From NCBI GenBank assembly GCA_000004985.1, contig GG738861.1: a DNA stretch of 64,000 bases, one strand, 5' to 3'. Origin of the DNA: Naegleria gruberi. Taxonomy: Eukaryota. The stretch's first letter is position 1. Each line of letters begins with the position of its first letter. The position numbers were made by a program, and so were the translations under genes. A model generated the notes under the pieces. The model did not search any database. It was not told the DNA's origin and saw only the letters and a list, made by a program, of their open reading frames with translations. Shown in pieces: positions 58,765 through 64,000 of this stretch.

Positions 58765-59071
58765 TAAATACGTTTGTCTTCACATTGTTCGATTAATCCC
58801 CTTTTCAGAAGTAAGGATGAAATTCGAAAGGCTTTCTATATTCAGACGCAAGATATTTCAACTTGATATTCAACTTGTTTCTGCTCATTGATACTGTAGT
58901 TTTATTAATAGTCCAACACCTTGCCCAACATTGTTGAGAGGAAACCTGAATTGTTTAACAACTAATCTTGCATGTTTATTGTAAAGTCAATGCGCACGTA
59001 ATAATAGTTTAGCCGCCAGATTCTGAAATAAAAAGCCTACTGCCCTTTCTCCAATTCGATAATCAAAAAAA

Positions 59072-62000
59072 ATGGTCACACTAATTGTCAATCCTGCCAA
59101 TAGGGATTGGTTGCCACCTTCTATTGTTGGTGGGCTATCAACCTCGGAAGCAGAAATGTTTGTCGATAAAAATTCTTCATGTGGATGTTCCTGCTCCTCA
59201 TGTCAATGTACCTCCGTTATCAAGGGATATTTTGATGATAGTGAGGAGGTGAGTGCAAATGCAGTTGCATCATCACCAGGTTGTGGATGTTCTTCATCAT
59301 GTTGCGGAACTTTAAATTCTGTTAATGCTGATAATACTTCTTCTTCTGTTAGTGGTAGTAATAGTTGTAGTACTACTAATAGTAGTGGAGGTGGTGGTGG
59401 TTGCATTGCTAATTGTTTCATGAAGAGAATTAGACAAATTTATCACTTTGAAATTGTTTTGGTTCGTAGAAAGAATGAAAATATGAATGCTTTGGAAATT
59501 ATTGAAAGTTTAAAGGATCAAGCATTCATTTCCATTGCTGAAAATGAACAAGAATTGAAGGTCTATGTTTCTGGATATGTTTCCTTGTTTGAATTGATGA
59601 GAAATTTGTATGAAAATAACAAGAAACAATTTCGTATCAAGAGTGCAAGAACTATGAAAGTTCACCAAGTTAAATTTGATGATTCCTGTAAGATGAAATG
59701 TAGAGGATGCAGTTCTCGTGTTGAAAAGGCTTTTGCTGATATGGATGATATTGCTCATTTGTATTGTGATTTAGATGATCAAACTGTCATCTTCTTTTTC
59801 AATAAGGAGAATACTAGATCTTTGATTAATGATATTCTTACAAATGATTTGAAAAAGACTTTTAATATTTTGAATACTGATATTGAAATTCAAAATCATC
59901 CATCTCAAGATGACAATACTTCTCTCACTTTGAAAGTTGAAGGAATGAGATGTGGAGGTTGTAGCTCAAAGGTTAAAAAATTGTTAAAAGAGAGCTATGG
60001 TACTGAAAATGTTGATATTGATCTCAATTCTAAAAAGGTAATTGTTAGAGGTGTTGATGCCAAATTAGAATCAAAGATTATTGAAGATATTGAAATGTTG
60101 GGCTTTACTTGTTCCAGATTTTCTGAATACAAGGAACACAACATTACTGTTAATGGTATGAAATGTGGAGGATGTAAGAATAAGATTACCAAAGCTCTTG
60201 AATCTGATGAAAAGATTCACTTTGTGGATGTTAATTTGGAAAGCAAACTCGTTAGTGTTCAATGTGATTATGAGGAACCTGGTCCAATTATTCAAAAAAT
60301 TGAAGAGCTTGGTTTTACTTGTGAAGGAAAGGTAGAAATTTATTCTGTAAAGACTTCCAAATCTGTTCCAACTTCTTCCTACAGAAAGGAAGTTGAGGAG
60401 GATCGTTCCTTCTATCAACCATCACCAACAAGTGAAATGAATCAATACTCTGCTATTGATCTACACGAAGATGGTGATGAAGAAATTGAGATGCATGATG
60501 TGAGATTACTCTCCAATAAGGAGGGTGCCAATGTACCTCATGATGAATCAGCTGAACACTCATCTAATAAGAAGTGTGTTCTCTCCATTGACGGAATGAG
60601 TTGTGCCTCATGTGTTTCCAAGATTGAGAGAAATGTTAGAGAATTGAACGGTGTCAGCAAGTGCTCAGTCAATCTCATCATGCAAAAAGGTGAAATTTTA
60701 TATGATGAGTCTGTCATTTCAGAACGTGAGTTGATAAAGAAGGTCGAATCTCTTGGTTTTCAAGTTACCAGTCTAACTGATCAGCTCAATAATGAAAAGA
60801 ACAAGCTCATGGTTAGTATCGGCACATCAAGTAAGGAATCTTTTGTTGATTTCCTCACTGGTGTTAAAGGAGTTTTTGATATTGGACAAAGTGTTGAAGA
60901 TGGTAATCCTAACAATACCATTCTTACCATTCTATTCGATGATAAGACAACCAAATGCAGAACTATCTTTGACCAGCTTGTTCATAAAGCTGCAGAAGGT
61001 CAATTGGGTGAGGTCAAGATTGTTAAATCTTCCTTGATGAAGAACCAGATGGATACTCTCCAAAGAAAACATGAAATTAGAAAATGGGCTTTTTATTTTG
61101 GATTTTCTGCTCTATTGACCATTCCTGCAATGGTTCTCATGATGTTATTTGGTAATATTCATTACACCAAGATGGCACTCATGAATGAGGTCTTCCCTGG
61201 CTTATCTATCATGAGCTTGGTCATGTTTTTACTTGTTACTCCAGTTCAAATCATTGGTGGATATCCGTTCTATCTCCTCTCTTTGAAAGCATTGAAATCC
61301 TTCTCTTTGGATATGAATGTTCTCATTGCTATTGCTACTACTGAGGCTTATGGTTACTCTCTCTTTACCAATATTTACAATTTGAGTGTTGGAAAGATTA
61401 CAATTGAACATGATTACTTTGAGACAGCTGCTGCATTGATCATGTTCTTGTCACTTGGTAGATTGTTAGAAAGTGTTGCCAAGGGAAAGACCTCATCTGC
61501 CCTAGTTACTCTTTTGGATCTTCAACCAAGTGTTGCCATTCTCGTTGGTGAAAATAATACTGAGAGCGAAATTGATGTTGATCTAGTTCAAGAGGGTGAT
61601 ATTTTGAAAGTCATTCGTGCCTCAAAGGTTCCTGTCGATGGTGTTATTGTCTCTCTCGATGGTGATGCCCTCGTTGATGAACAAATGATTACTGGTGAAT
61701 CAATGCCAGTCACTAAGAAAGTTGGTTCTGAAGTTATTGGTGGCACTGTCAATGTTGGTGATACCTATTTCTTTATGAGAGCTACTCGTGTTGGCTCCGA
61801 TAGTACTCTCTCTGGAATAGCCAAACTTGTTGAACAAGCCCAAACTGACAAGCCACAAATTCAAGGATTGGCTGATAAGGTCTCTGCTTGGTTTGTTCCA
61901 CTTGTTATCATTCTCAGTCTTGTAGTATTTGCTGTTTGGGCCATTTTGGGAGCTTTTAACTTGTATCCAAAGGAGTGGAGAGCTGACGATATGAGCCCTT

Positions 62001-63139
62001 ACATTTTTGCACTCCTATTGAGTACATCGACTGTTATCATTTCTTGTCCGTGTGCTCTTGGATTGGCTGTTCCAACTGCAACAATGGTTGGTACTGGATT
62101 AGGTGCTAAACATGGTATTCTCATTAAGGGAGGAAGTCCAATTGAAATTGTCAAGAAGGCCACATGTGTAACCTTTGATAAGACTGGTACTTTAACAAAG
62201 GGAGAGTTGGTTGTTGATCAAATTGAAATGTTTGACACTGATGTTTCAGATGATGATATTTTCAGATGGACAGCAGTTGCCGAGTCAAGCAGTGAACACC
62301 CAATTGGTAAGGCCATTGTCAAGTATTGTAAGCAACATTCAAGTCATAGTGAGGATACATTTGTAAAGACATCTGGAACCATGTCTGAATTTAGTGCAGT
62401 TTCTGGAAGAGGTCTCACTTGCATTATTGAGGGAAAGAGAGTTGATATTGGAAATGAACAATTCATGTATGATCAACATGTGAACATGATGTCATTCAGC
62501 GATTCTAGTCGTTATCAAACTCTAGTATTTGTTTCAATTGACAAAAAGTTGAAGGCTCTTTTCAGTTTATCAGATGAAGTCAGAGAAGAATCCTATCAAG
62601 TTGTTAGTGAATTACAAAAGAAGGGTCTCAAAGTTTACATGCTCACCGGCGATAATCAATGTGTAGCCAATTTTGTTGGTGACAAATTGGGTATTCCACA
62701 AGAAAATATCTTTTCACAACTCACTCCAGTTGGAAAGACCAACAAGGTTAAGGAATTACAAGAATCCAAGGAAATTGTCATTATGATTGGAGATGGTATC
62801 AATGATTCACCATCTCTCATTCAGGCTGATGTTGGTATCTCAGTTGGTCAGGGAACAGATGTTGCCATTGAATGTGCTCAAATTATCTTGATGAAAAATG
62901 ATTTGAGAGCTCTCCTCTCCACCATTTCACTCTGCAGAAGTATCTATAATAGAATTGTTATGAATTTTGTTTGGGCATTTGGATATAATATTATTGCCAT
63001 TCCATTTGCTGCTGGTATTTTCTTCCCATTGATTCAAGTTATGATCCCACCTTGGGTTGCAGGTATTGCCATGGTTTCATCTTCTATTTGTGTATTGCTT
63101 TCTTCTCTTTCTTTGAGATTTCACAAGATGAAATATTAA
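59072..63139 (+). CDS. CCC2: Copper-transporting P1B-type ATPase (ATP7/Ccc2-like) with Cys-rich N-terminus and four heavy-metal-associated domains
   Basis: HMA motifs MKCRGCSSRV, GMRCGGCSSKV, GMKCGGCKNKI, GMSCASCVSKI; TGES, CPC (SCPCALGLAVPTA), DKTGTLT, HP (SEHPIGKAI), GDGINDSP, 8 TM helices; single 1355-aa exon. Confidence 0.95.
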   Translation: MVTLIVNPANRDWLPPSIVGGLSTSEAEMFVDKNSSCGCSCSSCQCTSVIKGYFDDSEEVSANAVASSPGCGCSSSCCGTLNSVNADNTSSSVSGSNSCSTTNSSGGGGGCIANCFMKRIRQIYHFEIVLVRRKNENMNALEIIESLKDQAFISIAENEQELKVYVSGYVSLFELMRNLYENNKKQFRIKSARTMKVHQVKFDDSCKMKCRGCSSRVEKAFADMDDIAHLYCDLDDQTVIFFFNKENTRSLINDILTNDLKKTFNILNTDIEIQNHPSQDDNTSLTLKVEGMRCGGCSSKVKKLLKESYGTENVDIDLNSKKVIVRGVDAKLESKIIEDIEMLGFTCSRFSEYKEHNITVNGMKCGGCKNKITKALESDEKIHFVDVNLESKLVSVQCDYEEPGPIIQKIEELGFTCEGKVEIYSVKTSKSVPTSSYRKEVEEDRSFYQPSPTSEMNQYSAIDLHEDGDEEIEMHDVRLLSNKEGANVPHDESAEHSSNKKCVLSIDGMSCASCVSKIERNVRELNGVSKCSVNLIMQKGEILYDESVISERELIKKVESLGFQVTSLTDQLNNEKNKLMVSIGTSSKESFVDFLTGVKGVFDIGQSVEDGNPNNTILTILFDDKTTKCRTIFDQLVHKAAEGQLGEVKIVKSSLMKNQMDTLQRKHEIRKWAFYFGFSALLTIPAMVLMMLFGNIHYTKMALMNEVFPGLSIMSLVMFLLVTPVQIIGGYPFYLLSLKALKSFSLDMNVLIAIATTEAYGYSLFTNIYNLSVGKITIEHDYFETAAALIMFLSLGRLLESVAKGKTSSALVTLLDLQPSVAILVGENNTESEIDVDLVQEGDILKVIRASKVPVDGVIVSLDGDALVDEQMITGESMPVTKKVGSEVIGGTVNVGDTYFFMRATRVGSDSTLSGIAKLVEQAQTDKPQIQGLADKVSAWFVPLVIILSLVVFAVWAILGAFNLYPKEWRADDMSPYIFALLLSTSTVIISCPCALGLAVPTATMVGTGLGAKHGILIKGGSPIEIVKKATCVTFDKTGTLTKGELVVDQIEMFDTDVSDDDIFRWTAVAESSSEHPIGKAIVKYCKQHSSHSEDTFVKTSGTMSEFSAVSGRGLTCIIEGKRVDIGNEQFMYDQHVNMMSFSDSSRYQTLVFVSIDKKLKALFSLSDEVREESYQVVSELQKKGLKVYMLTGDNQCVANFVGDKLGIPQENIFSQLTPVGKTNKVKELQESKEIVIMIGDGINDSPSLIQADVGISVGQGTDVAIECAQIILMKNDLRALLSTISLCRSIYNRIVMNFVWAFGYNIIAIPFAAGIFFPLIQVMIPPWVAGIAMVSSSICVLLSSLSLRFHKMKY

Positions 63140-63249
63140 AATTGAAATATAAACTGACTTGTCTTTCATCTCAACTTTTTATGTTAATAATTTTAGTTAA
63201 GTTTGAAAGAAGCTATCTAATTAAGCAAGTAAACTAAAAAAATTGCAAC

Positions 63250-63322
63250 CGCCCCACGTGGGGCTCGAACCCACGACCGTTGGATTAAAAGTCCAACGCT
63301 CTACCGACTGAGCTAGCGGGGC
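63250..63322 (-). tRNA. tRNA-Lys (anticodon UUU), no encoded CCA, no intron
   Basis: Minus-strand read GCCCCGC-TA-GCTC-AGTCGGTA-GAGC-G-TTGGA-CTTTTAA-TCCAA-CGGTC-GTGGG-TTCGAGC-CCCAC-GTGGGGC-G: 7-bp acceptor (one G-U), D arm, anticodon loop CUUUUAA, T arm GGGTTCGAGCCC; 73 nt. Confidence 0.85.
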
Positions 63323-63507
63323 TGCTCTCTTGTGGTTAATTTTGTTTCAAAATAAATAAGTGTTAACATTGTAATAGATTTCTGCCCAATGTGGCATGTA
63401 TTTTTTATTAAGGATATTTTGCGTTGTCAACACGATGTGTTTGAGCGGCCTACCCAATTACCAGCAATTTCTGTCCAACTTTTCTCATCAACAATACAGA
63501 ATAAAAA

Positions 63508-64000
63508 ATGCTTAAGGGGACAGCATCTATTGAGGAGTTAGAATCGAGGCTTCCTCCAGAAACATTGAAGGTATATCGCGAAGCTTTCAGTGTCTATGAT
63601 ATAAACGGTGATGGAGTTATCGAAACTCATGAGTTGGTTCAAGTGATGAAGAATATTGGTGCTTCCATGACAGAGAACGATCTACATAATCTCCTTCAAG
63701 AAGCTGGAGTTGGTGATAATGTGGATTTTCATGCCTTTTTGCAAATCATGTTCTCTACATCTGGTGATGCAACCGATGATATTGAGCAAAGCATTAGAGC
63801 CTCATTCAGAGTTTTGGATGCCGACGGTGATGGCTTAATAGGAATTGAAGAGTGTAAGTTATATAACTACCAAAATTATTTTTAAGAATCTATTCATCCT
63901 CTTGCCAAATATTAATATTTCCAACTATTCTTACTCATTAGTAAAACTCATGCTTCAAAAACTAGGAGAAGAAATAAGCGACGCTCAATTGGAACAAGTG
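63508..64000 (+). CDS. EF-hand calcium-binding protein (calmodulin-like), partial: exon 1 63508-~63857, intron GTAAGT ~63858-63939, exon 2 continues to window end
   Basis: EF-hand loops DINGDGVIETHEL and DADGDGLIGIEE; FSVYD, MKNIGASMTENDL; second exon KLMLQKLGEEISDAQLEQ... Confidence 0.65.

Noticed and set aside
63250-63322. Possibility that the tRNA is part of a SINE or organellar insertion
   Set aside because: Single standard cloverleaf, no adjacent tRNA-derived repeat or poly-A tail, and the flanks are ordinary AT-rich spacer. Treated as a normal nuclear tRNA-Lys gene.
1-64000. Prokaryotic-type features (operons, CRISPR arrays, defence islands, rho-independent terminators)
   Set aside because: The sequence is clearly eukaryotic: spliceosomal introns with GTAAGT donors, a tRNA without encoded CCA, and eukaryote-specific genes. 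No CRISPR-like repeat-spacer arrays or bacterial gene clusters are present.

Overview
This window is eukaryotic nuclear DNA, not prokaryotic. It is AT-rich: coding regions are roughly mid-30s % GC and intergenic regions are much lower. Introns are short (about 40-165 nt) and start with GTAAGT/GTATGT/GTGAGT, and many reading frames carry poly-N, poly-Q or Ser/Thr-rich tracts. About 30 protein-coding genes sit in 64 kb, close to one gene per 2 kb, plus one tRNA-Lys(UUU).

Genes recognised with good support, in window order:
- calcium-activated nucleotidase (CANT1-type apyrase)
- V-ATPase subunit C
- an MFS transporter
- a MEK/MAP2K-type kinase
- MUS81 endonuclease
- DDX18/Has1 DEAD-box helicase
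- eIF3g
- a long N-terminal-motor kinesin
- a Gal4-type Zn2Cys6 transcription factor
- an E(z)/EZH-type SET-domain methyltransferase
- a prolyl oligopeptidase-family (S9A) peptidase
- VPS26
- CFAP298 (Kurly), a cilia-motility factor
- Kae1/OSGEP
- an SLC35/TPT nucleotide-sugar transporter
- WDR35/IFT121, an intraflagellar-transport subunit
- asparaginyl-tRNA synthetase
- a lipoate/octanoyl-protein ligase family protein
- an LKB1/STK11 kinase orthologue
- USB1-like 2H phosphoesterase
- a copper-transporting P1B-ATPase
- a partial EF-hand protein

Several lineage-specific or orphan genes are also present.

The co-occurrence of ciliary genes (IFT121, CFAP298) with a fungal-type Zn2Cys6 regulator in a compact AT-rich genome suggests a flagellated, possibly zoosporic-fungus-like organism. 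That is an inference only.

Findings that are not ordinary annotation:
- Two divergent paralogues (201-3034 + and 55497-57245 -) combine two N-terminal SAM-like repeats with a P-loop NTPase core. This is a possible NLR/STAND-like architecture.
- A GGCGCC-centred motif (TTTGGCGCC, TTGGCGCCAA, TTTCCCGCCAAA) resembling an E2F/DP site recurs in the promoters of MUS81, the kinesin, CFAP298 and IFT121.
- The kinesin coiled-coil carries an internal tandem duplication whose roughly 200-nt core is almost identical between copies.
- A saposin-like gene and the MAP2K gene have head-to-head overlapping 5' ends.
- VPS26 and CFAP298 converge with stop codons about 5 nt apart.
- One intergenic block carries paired 17-bp palindromes and short direct repeats.

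All exon boundaries given are approximate and were read by eye.
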